A stretch of DNA of 64,000 nucleotides. It comes from Chrysomallon squamiferum. Lineage: Eukaryota > Animalia > Mollusca. The DNA is taken from NCBI GenBank assembly GCA_012295275.1, contig CM022670.1, positions 22,816,001-22,880,000 of the forward strand, written 5' to 3'. Shown here one piece after another: positions 41,501 to 55,000 of this stretch (the first letter of the stretch is position 1; every line of letters begins with the position of its first letter). Made by a program: the position numbers and the translations under genes. The notes beneath the pieces are model-generated. The model ran no database searches. It worked only from the letters and a program-made list of their open reading frames with translations, and was not told the origin of the DNA.

Positions 41501-41838
41501 ATTACGTGAAGACATCTATGAGGACATGTCCTTTGATTTGACCTACGTGGACAATGCAAACAGCTATGGAAGGTTATCAGCAAGTCCTAGAGGACGTCTG
41601 CTTTCCTTTGAAACTGAAGAGATTCCTGCTGATGATAGAGATGAAGGTGATATTTATAAACTGCACTGGAGATCTTCTATTGACAGAAGATCGTATGAAA
41701 ACATACGAAATGATGGAATGTGGGATTTCCGCAGTCATTGCGTTCTTGTGTCTGAAATCTACTTTTCCAGTTTTGTGTCAGGTAAATGAATGCATGGTTT
41801 CATTAACTAAAATTTAAATTTTCTGTTTAAATTCACTT

Positions 41839-41888
<50 letters not shown>

Positions 41889-44800
41889 TCAGTAAGAGTT
41901 TAAGTTTATAAAGAAGTCCTGAAATTGTCTAAAATGAATCAGAAAAAGAATAATAAAGAAATAAGAACACTTTCGTAGTGAAACCTTTCAGAATGTCTGG
42001 ACTGTTGTTTAATTAAGTCATGGCTTTCTACATGTAAATAACAATGTTGTTACAGGAGTTTACAAGAGCTTGCATCAGAACTATTTCATCGACTGGAGAG
42101 ATGTGAATGCTGCCATCAACAACATATGTGAGGAGTCTCTGCCTCTCGAGTCTGAGATGACCTCGTTCTTGCTCTCTTCATGCACCCACTTTCAGCACAT
42201 CGTGGACAGTGCCCGGCGAGACCTCAGACAGTCCACTGACACTGAAAGGTCATCACAAAGATACTCTGTACGATTTTCAGACTATGATAACGAGTAAGTA
42301 TCAAATTACACCAAAACATGGTTTTTTTTAAAACAACACTGAAACCATTTTTATGAAGGTAAAAAAAAAAAAAAAAAAAAAATGAATTCATTTAGTTATG
42401 ATTAATAATAACAGTGATTTGTTTTTCTCTTATTTAGAGATCACGGGTCTTCAGACAAGACACCTGCAGTTCTTCAGCTTCCAAAAACAACATTTATTAT
42501 GAACTTCCCACTAGAGGGCGCCATGCCATGTGAGAGTGAGCCGGGTCTGCGTGACCTCGTCAAAGCCAAGTTCCTGGACATTGTTCTCAAGTGGTTCAGA
42601 CCTGTCCCCTCTCATCCTGACTACTTTTACTTCTGTCCACAAAATGCCCAGGAAGTATCAGTATGTTGTTGTTGTTAATTTATTTTTATTTTTTAAATAT
42701 CCTAATATATAATTTAGCACTTTGTTTTCTTTAGTCATCATAAATATATCCTTAAAAAAAGATAATTGTTTTTTAAAGTCTTGAAAATACCTAAAACAAA
42801 TATTTTAATATTTCAATATAGGTTTTTTATGTGTTATGATAAAGTTACTTTTAATTATGTTATTAAGTTGTATTCCAAAGTAAAAAGTTTAGAGGTGTCA
42901 CATAAAGTCTATGATGAAGTGCATCTGTGTTAATCTGAATTATAATTACAGACACTGAACAGCAGAGACAGCACTTCAGGGGCATCTGATGTCTTAGGAG
43001 GTGAGTTTAGAAACACAGCAACATTATAACATCTTATAATAAAACCTGAAATTGAACAAAATCATTTATGCCAAAATGCAGGAAATACCTGACTATGGAT
43101 TTAGTAAACCAGTTCTTTTCTATCATTTTTTTTTTATTATTATTTTTTTGATGTCATTTTTTTTTTTTTTTTTTTTTTTGTTATTTTCTTCACTTTTTTG
43201 GATGAATTTGTCATCATCATCATCATCATCATCATTACTATTATTATTATTATTATTACTATTATTATTCTTATTATTATTCTTATTGCCTCATCTATAA
43301 TTGATATATTTTAAATGTTTATTTGTCAGCTGCTTTATCAATGTAATAACTATTTTCTTTTTTGTGGGATGATCTGTATAAAAACAAAACATTGCTGCTA
43401 ATCTGTAAAAGTAGTCCATGCATTGGAAACAAAAATATCATCTTTGAGATCATCATCATCATTGTCTTTATTTTCACCATCAAACACATGCATACACTCA
43501 CACAGAGACACACAGAAACAGATACTCACAAACATACACACAAACAACAGCAAAAATGCCATCTAATACCTGGTCATGACTTATTGTTATTGTGATAATT
43601 TTTACTTGGTTTACTCAGAGTTCAGTCAGCAGGATTTGCCAGAAGATGTGGAGTTTATTGACATTGAGGAGATTTCTCCTGCGGAGGACTGCCGCGAAGA
43701 CACAAAGAGTCTGTCGACGATTTCCAACCCGAGTGAGGATGAAATCAGCTCTCCATCCGAAGATGAGGAAGCTCAGTACAACGACTACAAAGAACAAGAA
43801 AATCCACTTTTCATTCACTTTACCTGCTCCATGAAAAGTTCCAAAGACTCACATTTTGGATCAGTGGAGACCATGCCTCAGTGTTTGGGTTAGATGTTAT
43901 GAAGTTTTCTTGATCAATCATTGAACAGCTGTAAAGTTAAAACTTCAGAAATGAATTTGAAGTAAAGATTAATAAATAAAAAACTCTGTCAAGTAATATA
44001 TCTGTGGATCACATGGAAACTGTTTAACAGTAGTTTTAATTATTTTTCTAAAATTGTTATTTTAATTTTTATGTTTTGGTTATATTATATAAAAATAATA
44101 AATTTGAATTGAATCATTCCATGTTTTGAATTGGTATGTCATATTCTAAATTATTATATATTTTTTTATTGCCTTATAATTATTATTTATTTTTTAATGT
44201 AAATATAATAATCAGTTGAATCAATTTTGTTTTACAGTTGATGTGTGGAATCAGCTTGACACTAATGACCAGGTGCTGGATCTTGCCAGTCTGAAATTCA
44301 CATTTGACATCATCTGTATAACTCTGCCAAATGAGCTTGATGTGCCTGTTTCCAGGAAACCATCATTTATGCGTCTGCTGTCTGGTGGAAGCAACCCCCC
44401 ACAACAAACATCTGAAGCTGATGAAACCTCAATCTCACTGGCATCATCTGATCAAGGGTATCTACAACCTTCTACACAGTAACTAATGTGTTTCTGGGCA
44501 ATTTTTTGAATGGATAATTTTTGAAAAAAAAGATATTTCTATGTTTTAACATTACAAAAGGCAGCTACCCTTACATAATTATTAGTAAATACGTTTTCAA
44601 AAAATGAACCTTTAACATGCAGTCAATTTATTCATTATGTTTTTTTGAAAATCTTGTATATTTAATTATCCTTTTGAATGGCTTGGTTGAAAAATAATAT
44701 CATTACCAACAGTCCATACAGTGTATTTACAAAATTGTATTATTATGTATTTTTTATTGCAGTACAGAAATTTTAAATTTTAAGTATAATTTTTGTTGGT

Positions 44801-47199
44801 CTTTCTCATCATTGTGTTATTCATTTTCTGACTGATTTCAAAATGTTAATCAGTTAATGTAATTTATAAAAATATGTGTAAAAAAATAACAAAACCCACA
44901 AATTAACTACAGTATAGTAATAATACTTCTAAAAGCTAAGAGTATATTTGTAATACTGAATAATAAATAAAACAAACTCTATTAATCATTTATTAAACAG
45001 CTGTTCCTTTGAAGGAATTTTTGGATATATCATGATCAAATTTAAAAAAATAAAAAATAAATGAATAAATAAATAAATAATAATAATAATAATAACATAA
45101 AAGTTCTTTTATTACATATTTATGGTTTATTTATAGGAGAAATTTTTTTTTTTTTTAAATTTAAAAAAAAATAAAATAAAATTTAACTTGTGTTTGCAGA
45201 CTGCAGAATCCATTCTCTGGGGATCCTATTGGTCATCTGCCAAAGTCTCAGCATTTTGCAGTCAAGAGACTGAAAGAAGAGGTTAGTCAGAGGTTGACTG
45301 CTGGTTAAAATAAATAATGGCTTGAGAAAGTTTTATTGCAAATCTCAATCATTTATTTTCTGACATTTTATATCATAAAAATTTGAGAAATATTTTCAAT
45401 TAATTTACATAAACATTTCAGAATATTTACTGTAAAATAATTAATTTATTTTCTTAATAATTTTAAGATGAGAAATTTTTGGTTAATTTTTCTTAAATAT
45501 CTCAGATTATAAATATTATTTTCTCTGCTGTTTTTTATGACATGAAAATTTAAGACATATTTTGGGTGGAAATTTTCATGAGTATTTGAAATTTCTTAGA
45601 ATGTTTTTTTAATGTTGAATGTACTTACTTTTCTAGATTGAGTGGCTGCTGTGTGATGAAATAACCTCGTCTTTGAGACACATGCATCCTCTGAATTCCG
45701 ACGCTCTGCAGTTTGTGACAGAAATCATTCGAGGGTCTGCAGGAAAACCTTCGTGTGTCCACAACTCTGTGGAACTTCAGTTTGTGTACGGAGCCGAACA
45801 GAGTCTGTGTCGCTTCATAGAGGTAAACATCAGTTACCTGAACCATCCTTTATTTTAGAAATATTTTAAATAATTGTTTAAAACTGATCTGTGAGGAATA
45901 ATTGCTTTCGTAAAGCATATAAAAACATTAATTAAAGGAAAAGGTAACGTATAGTTTTATTTTGTTTAAAAATTATTTCTACGCCATAGTTTGGTGAAAA
46001 GAAAAATTCAGAATTAATAAATAAAGGGTTTAACAGTAATATTCATTAAAATGAAATTAAAAATCAATGTGATAAGATTATTTTATCTTGCATCTAGTGA
46101 TATGTTTAATACATAAATTTTTATTTTTTTATTTTATTTTTTTTTTTTTTTTTTTTGTTTACATAGGAATTTGAAAGAATGCACATACCAGGATACCATC
46201 TAACAAAAGAAGGGGATTTTTATTTTATCATCATGGACAGAGCTCATTTCAGACATTTCACAGACCTGCAACCGGTCACAGCTGATGCTAAGCAGTCCAG
46301 TAACATCAAACATGCCATGGCTCTACAGAATGCTCTGGTTGAACTGAGCAGCAAGGAGGGAACTCCCGCAGAGCAGGATGGGAGAATTGCAGAAAGCAGC
46401 AAGATGTTTCCAGCAATAGAAGAGAGGAGTTGCAGTCTTCCCAGCATTCTCTTCGGTGCTGGGTCGTGTGAAGATCCACAATCTCCATTAGCTGTGAGCT
46501 CACCAAAGAAGAGTGAGTCAGAGAACAAAGAAAACAGACAGAGACATTCGTCTGATGGTACATATACCAAAATAGAAGCACAGAGTCCAGAGAGTTCTCA
46601 CTTTGACCATCCAGCCCCAGTGTCTGATCTGCTGGACATCCCACTGAAACCTGAAACCGTGGAACACTCTGAAGGGTCTTTGAAGAAATCATCAAGTTTT
46701 GGTGGGTCAGGTTTCCATGGATTTCTCTCTGATGGTGGAGACCAGAGTGGAGCAGAAAGTCACTTTGTACAAGCGTTGACTCCCATCAGAAGTCCATTTT
46801 CACTGGAGCGCAACAGACATTCTTCAGCTCCTTCTGGACAAGGTACACATCACAGTCTTGCCTCAACACAGCCACAGACACCATCTTGGATATCGTCAAG
46901 GGGAAGCTACAATGAAGATGGTATACCAGTTCTTTTGTTTAATACCACAAACTTTTTTTTCAATCCCATAATATTTCAATTCTCTTTCAGGACAGTAAAT
47001 ATTTATTTAATTGTACATAATGATAATAAATAATTTATCTGTATTTTTATTTAAAAATTATTTTTTCAAACTAAATATAATAATTGCCACCATTGTCATC
47101 ATCTTCATTTTAATAACAATATATGTCTTGGGCAGTGATTTGAGTACTTTTTCTTTCTTTCTTCATTTATTTTCTGAAACCTCTTTTCATGTTCAATGT

Positions 47200-47234
<35 letters not shown>

Positions 47235-48511
47235 TAAATTTTATTTATTAAAAATATATGATAACATTTTTATTTAATATTGATTTAGCAGTGTGTACAT
47301 AGTTTACAAATATGACAGATATGTTTAATTAAAATATATTTATAGGTATGAAGGTATGTTTAATTAACAATGACTGAGGTATGTTTAATTACCAGTGTGT
47401 ACATATTTTACAGATACGTCAGGTATGTTTATTTAACAAAGTGTGTATATTTTATGAAGATGTGTTTAATTAACTGAGGGTACACATTTGTTACAGGGTA
47501 TGATGGTGACTCGAGTGACACGGAGCAGGATGACACAGCGTCAACCAGTGAGAGCACCCAGGCTTTCCCCCTCCTCCCTAACTTCTGGCTCATTCTCCAC
47601 ATTCACTCAGACAAAGCTGAGATCTTCTTCCATGCAAGGTCAGAAAATCTTACATCTTCCATCTCATCTTATCTTGCTGCTAGATCAGAAACAGTCAAAT
47701 GTATTTTAGTTACAGCAGACATGCAGTTTATTATGCTTATTATAGATAGTAAAGATTATTTATGCACACTGCTTTGTTGGTTTTCACTTTTTTATTGTTA
47801 ATACTGAAATAAATAGAGTAACACAGATTGTTTTTAAAATTCAAGAACAGTATTTAACATCCAGAAATTAAGCCAAATAATTATTAAAACTTCACTTTAA
47901 CAGCCTCAGATTTTTCACTGTTTGGTTTATGATTATAATTGAAATATTATTTTCAGTGACTTAAGTTTTAAAAGTATTCTTAATCATGTATGTACTGTTT
48001 ACTAGGCAAAAGGGTCTTGATCGGTAAGTCTATACCCAGAATTTTTCCTTCTTCCATTTTATATTTTTTTTTCTATAGCATCCAACACTTTTTAACCAAG
48101 CATTTAAACTTCTTGTGTGACCACATGAACTAATTAATGGAAACTTAACCTGAAAATCAAAATCTTAAACATAGTCACTTACCTGCTTTAGTAAACATGA
48201 ATTATGAAATAAATAATGTTTACCACTTCTCCTCATTTTTAAATGTTGAAAAGATATTTGGTTATATAAAGATAAAAATCTGAAAATTGTTATCTTAGAA
48301 TGGTGTCTAGTTCATATAAATATACAGGAACTTTAACTTTGAGACAAAATTCCAATGGTAAAATGTTGACTTACTTACTATTATTATTATTATTATTTTT
48401 ATTGTTATTGTTATTTTTATAGTTAATGTTATTGTTGTTATAATCATCATCATCATGAATAATGTTATAAGTTTTATTGTTACTATTTTACTGTTACCAT
48501 TATTATTATTA

Positions 48512-48567
<56 letters not shown>

Positions 48568-51500
48568 CTTTTTAATGAATATTTAGGTTTAATTCATAGA
48601 ATACATTCCAGTTTTATGAACAGTTACAAAACTGCATGGCTTCATTCTTGCCTAAGCTTTGCTTTTCTCATTATAAACATAATTTATTACATATTTTAGC
48701 TTGTTCAAACAGAATCAACTTTTTTTTTTTTTTTTTTTGGTCGGGCAGTTGAAAGATGCTTAATTATTACAAAAATATAAATTTAAAAAAAATTTCACAG
48801 TTTGTTGCTTTGAGATGTTCTCATGGGTGTCATATTTTAAAACTCGTTTTACACTTACATTTTAATTTAAATTGAGATTTTTATTTTTTAATTATTGTTG
48901 GTTTTTTATTGTTATTATTGGAATATAAACATAGTATACTGAACAAAGTAGCTGAAGAAAATGCGAAGTAAAAGAAACTAGATATTGAATTACTAGTATG
49001 TTTACTAAGAATGCATGTCATTTTCAGTTTCATCTGCTTTTTTCACTGAAGAAATAGGAACATTTATATGCTGCAGATTAATACCATATAATTTATTGGA
49101 TGTAATTATCATAATTTTTAACATTGATAACAGTATGTAACAGTATAGTGTGAATATTATTCAGTTTGTTTCTTTGTTAAATTGAAGTTCACATATAAAT
49201 ACAAAACAGATTCTGTGTGAAATATTTATACACTCTTACAAACACACACAGACACATACACACAGATTCACACATAAAAACTTATACCAAGAAATAACCT
49301 TATGCATGTAAAAGAAATGTATGTTTCTGCTTTCTTCCACTATAAACTGAAGCATAACCAAAAAAAAACCACACGTATAGATTTCAAAAACATATCTTCA
49401 CTTTATTAAGAAAGAGTCATAAGTAACAGGTTCAGATGCTTTTTTTTTTATAACCATTATAAAGGAAATTTAACATTTCCTGATGAAAGAAAATAAAGAA
49501 TGAAAGAAAGAAGATAATAATAATTAAAAAAATGGAAAAAATAAATAAAGCCAGGCTAGATACAGATTCATTTAAAATGGAGGGATTATTTATCAAATAA
49601 AGTGATATAAAGAACTAGAATGTACTCAAAATAGTCAAAAAAAAAAATTATGGTAGGATTATCACTTATGATTTGTTTTTAATAAAGTGTATGCATGCTA
49701 TATATATATATATATATTTCTCACTGTTTCTCACTCAGTTTCTTACTCTGCCTTTTCCTTGATGATTAAAATTTAGAAAAAGTTAATTGATTTTTTTTCT
49801 TTTTCATTGTGGTACAGAGAAACTGGGCATGAAGAATCTGCTGAGAAAATTCACCACAAAGACTTACTGGAGCAAGTGTCGATGAACATACAGCAGATCT
49901 GCAAGCGAATCAACCAGGTAGGGAACTGAAATCTTCTACAGCTGTGCTTCCCAAAGTGGATTAAATCCTCCATTATGGTTTATAAAGATAAAACTAACTT
50001 GCAGTTTCTCCTCACTCTAAATCAGTGAGCATGGCAAATCCATATTCTTTAGTCTTAAGGAATGCCTGGAAAGGAGATGAAGATATGGAGTCAACAGGGC
50101 ACTGGGTCCTAAACATTTTAAAAACAGTTTTTTGAGTAAAGCCAATGGTAAATTTATTATGTAAAAAAAAAAAAAAAAAAAAAATCCTATCCTCAAAACT
50201 CCCCCAATAAAACAACTACATAATTATTCATTGAAGTAATGTGTTAGAGTTTCATAATATTAACATGAATTGTTTTATAATTTTAGTTTTTACCATTCTT
50301 TTTACTGTCACTGAATTTGTTATTTATTCTAAACTGTCAATGTAAATAAAACTAATATTCTAGTTAAGTAAATATTGTTAAGTAACTGGATTTTTTAAAT
50401 GCCCAATTCATTATGTAAATGTTAGAGAAAGGATATTAATGTTTGTATATGAATTTATTTTACAGCAACTTTTACTAAAAGAGCTGTATGACACAAGGAT
50501 GTGCAATGCGCTGCTGGTTCCGGAGGCTGATGAGGACATACACTGGACAGACAAGAGGACAAATTCTGGACGCTCTTTACAAGACAGTGAGTTATCTTCT
50601 CTTGGTTTGTTTGAATTTACAAAATTTGTTTGAAGTAAATGAAATGAAGGGAATAAATTGATGACAGATTTCCTATCTTTCAGTAAGTTATCATCATCAA
50701 CTTAATCATAATCGTCATCATTATTTATTTATTTATTTATATTTTTCCCTGGTTTGAAATAATATTAGAAAAAAAATCCAAATTTGGATTAATATGCTCT
50801 TTCATATTTGTATTATCAGTAAAGATTTATATCCATAACAGAATATGAAAATATGAAGAATGAATTTAATTGTTTTTTTTTTTTAATTTTTTTTTGTTGT
50901 TGTTATATATATATATATCCCCCCATGGACAGATTAAATTTTGTAAAAGTATCTTCAGACTGTTTATTAAAATAAACTGTTAATTACTCTGCAGCTTCTG
51001 GAGATGAAGATGACAGTGAAATGGAGGGACAGCCTCGTAAATACTTGTTTGCTTCACTGACCTCCATGCCAGGGAAGTTTGCCTGTGACTGCATCTGGAC
51101 AAAGTTTTTGTACTTCATTCCAGACTGAAGGCCTCTACAGCAAGAGGAGGTGTTTCTAAAGGTACTTTTGTCTGAAAACTGCAAGAAGATTCTCCTTTGA
51201 TTATTTAATTAGTAATTTTCATTTAATGTTTTATGTTTAATTTATCCTGCAATCACTGGAAAAAGCAGCAACATATAATACTAGATAAATTTCTATATTT
51301 TCACATTGCAGGATGAAAGAAATAACTGATCACTCTTTTAAGATATATGCTTTATCCTGCTCAGGTGCAAATTTTGAATTTAGCTCAGCAGAGCCTCACT
51401 GCATTTAGTCATTCTCACCTTTGAAGGATAAAATTGATATGTTAATAAAGTTGCAGTTATCTCACACACAGATATATATATTGTTTTCTGTGGGCATTTT

Positions 51501-52007
51501 TTGTTAATAATTCAATATAACACAGTTGTTGCTATGGGTGTTACTGAGCTAATTTAATTAAATCTGAAATTCTAAAACAAAATTTTAAACTACTGATTAG
51601 ACACAGATGCATTGCATAATGGATTGCATTTTAAATTTTACATATGACAATGTTTGTCAGAATATATATTACTGTCCCATTACAGGCTAAACTTTGTAAA
51701 ATACAATTTATATTATTAGAGGAAGACATTTTCTTTATTTTGTTATTATTTTTTTAAGTATAAATAATTTGTTTCAGGTTATCTTGCACTTCGAAGTGTG
51801 CTGAACAAGTTCTCTGTCAACAACAGAAAAAACATGTTTGTTATCAAGGAAACTTCCAGTGGAAATGTCTTCTATGTGAGGTATTGTAACTTTGTTGTAA
51901 CATTTGTCTACAAAATTAGTTATTTCATTTAGTGAAATAGTTTCTATTTCAATTGTGTTAATTTTTTTTATTATTATTATTATTTCTTATTAGCATTGTT
52001 CCCCCAC

Positions 52008-52041
<34 letters not shown>

Positions 52042-55000
52042 AATTCAGTTTACATTTTATGTAAATTTAGAATTGTCTTTTTATCAAATTCTATTTCATG
52101 GATAAAAGAATAAACATTAGTAGTTACATTAGTCACTGAACCTCTTGAAAGCATTAATTGTATCCTTCATGGTATAGAAAAGAATCACAGATATTTTATT
52201 TTCAGTTGGAAAAGTTGAGGGTGTGTGATTAAAAAGTAGTTTGGAAAAAAAAAAGTAGACTGAAACCTAATCAACACATGACCCTCACTGTAGACAATTT
52301 TCCCCCAGACTGAAATAATTTTCAGTCCTGTGATTTATCAGTTACCCAGATGAGAAACATAAGGAAATGAACTCGTGGATTTGTTTCTGAAACTGTTTGG
52401 TTTTGAGAAGTTTTACAGTTACTTGCATAGATTAAAGATAAATATGTCGCATTTTTCTGATTATTCCAGATTGAAAGAAATTCACGGAGGTATTCCACCT
52501 GATGAATCAGTGGACCACTTGGACGGTAAGAATGATCACAAAATTAATTAGCTTTATTTAAATTTGTTTTTCATATACCTGTTAGAAATGCCATGATATT
52601 AAAACATTGATATAATGTTTTAGTGTTGCTTTTTTCTGTTTTTGTTATTTCTTTTAGGATACATTGTTTTGTGTTGCTATTTTTACGTTTTTCATTTTGA
52701 AGGAAGATTATGGAAATTTTATATACAAGAAAATTATTCAAATTTCAGTTATTATTTTATTTTGTTTATTATTTTGTAACAGTTTATTATATTATATAAG
52801 ATCTTGCTAAATCATAATTTATATTTATTTTTCAGGCACTCACAGCAAGCAGCCATTTCCTTTGTATAGACAAGATAGTGAAATACAAGTTAGTATATAT
52901 CCTATATATATTAGTAATTACCATATATATATATATATATTTGTACTTGCAGATTTATTCTAAATTTTACCTTTAGTATTTTTTTAAAAAACATTTTAGT
53001 TATTATAAATGTTACAAAAATTATTTATAATAATTTAACATGTTTATTAAGATTTTATATTATTGTTATTATTTATTTAATTTTATTTGTAAAATAATTT
53101 TATAATTATTTTGTAAAACAGTTTAAGTTTTGTGTTTTGTTTTAGGACATGGGGGACACTGACACTCAGTCAATCACGTCCAGTGTCAGCAGACAGTCGA
53201 CAAAGGAAGATGATTTTCTTAAGCTTCTTGTCTACGGAATTGAGGATATAGGTTTCACATATTTTTACATTTTTGAATTTTTATTATATTTTATATATTT
53301 TTTTAAATTAAAAAGCATTTTGGAATGATTTAAAAAACCATGCTCAGAGAAAATAAGATTAAAATGGCTACTTTTATAATTATTATAAATTTTCTAGATT
53401 TATTTGAAAGAAAAAAATCAAAATTTTGTCTGATAATGTGATGAAGTGTTAAAGCAAATTGAAATTAAGAGCATGCTGACTTGAAATCACTTTCAACAAA
53501 GTTACAGTTTCCTAGCAGAAACTTCTATCTTTGATTATGACTTGCTAAACATAAATCTGAATTTGTAGAATTTTTTAATTTCCAGAAGATAATTTATTAT
53601 TAATTTTCTAAAAGCAGAAATTTTATTATGACATAATATTTTTAAAACAAAATCAAAATAATGACAACTACAGTAACCTCAACATATCCTCAATCACATA
53701 ATGAAAAATCAAAACCATACACTATGATGATAACTAGAAGGAAAAAAAAAGTTATTGTTTTTTTTTTTTTAATTTCAGGTCAGGAAATTCATGAGGATTT
53801 GGTGAAGATTCTGCAGAAGAAACTGGATGATGCTGTGCTGGACGCTATCTCAGTGATGCTCAGCCGAAACCCAATGTGTAAACTGAAACCAGAGGATGTT
53901 CATGTATGATATAATACAAAAAAAAAATATTAAAAAAAAATAGATTCAATATTGAAAATTAATAAATATTAGCTAATTTAATGAAGCTTTACAAGCATCT
54001 TGTTAAGTATATATAATATGAATTAAAACAAAAATCAAAGTAATGGCTTCATAATAAAAGTTCATCAACATTAAGTTAGACTGAGCCACTATTACAGTTA
54101 TCTGAGCTCTCAGAATGCAGTCTCTGCACTTCCCAGTATTTAAAAATGTTGTTATCAGCTTCAGTTTTTTTGTTTGAGGCAGTATTTTGAAGATAATTAA
54201 TTTTTGTTTTTATTTCTAGTATTTGAACCAATCAGTGATTTAAAAATAAAATGTCTGTTTCTATCAGTTTATACAGAATCCAGGACAAGTTCCGACTGAG
54301 GAGTTGCTGTTGACGATACCAAGTCACGCCATGATGTACCTGCTGGCTGTCATGTACTACCTCAGACAGAATCTACTTCAGTTTCTACACAGACCTAACT
54401 ATGTAGACTCCTCTCCCGACAGCCACTTCCAGGTAACTTCTTCCATATTTTATAATAAAAACACAACATTCGTCCACCACAGTGAAAACAGTTTCAGTTT
54501 CTACACAGACCAAATTACTTATCTGTAGCACCTGACTGTCACTGCCATATAACTTCTTCTTTATAAGATGACATTATCAAATAAAAGTTCAACAAAGATA
54601 TTTATCTACATCCATAGTAACAGAAAGAATTTGCTACTGAAGTTTAGTTTCATGGTTTAAAATTATAATACATTTTAATTTGCTTGTAGTCTATCACACA
54701 AAAGAAGACATTATATAATTTCCTTACACATTATCCTACTTAAAATTACAAATGAAATTTAATGTGACTGTTTCTTTCTTTTTTTTAAAACTATTTTAAA
54801 TTACTGTTTGTGCTGATTGTTGGTAAGCCTCCAAAGAAAGTAATTTTTCAAGTTTATTTTGTGAAAAAGAAAAAGTTTTTCTAATATATTCCATACTGAA
54901 TTATTTATTATTTTTATAGGAGTTTGTTATGGGTGCATGGTCTGTCATTCCACCTGAAAATGTTTATCTCTACATCAGACCTCAAACTGTTGGAGGAAAA

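Noticed and set aside
46244-46695. Antisense ORFs over SZT2 exon 31 (similarly 811-1038, 2614-2805, 6665-6874, 17941-18213)
   Set aside because: These are shadow ORFs on the opposite strand of real coding exons, with no independent support.
51100-51130. Programmed -1 ribosomal frameshift explaining the SZT2 frame break
   Set aside because: No canonical X XXY YYZ slippery heptamer or obvious downstream structure. A second homopolymer deletion at 56133 points to sequencing error.
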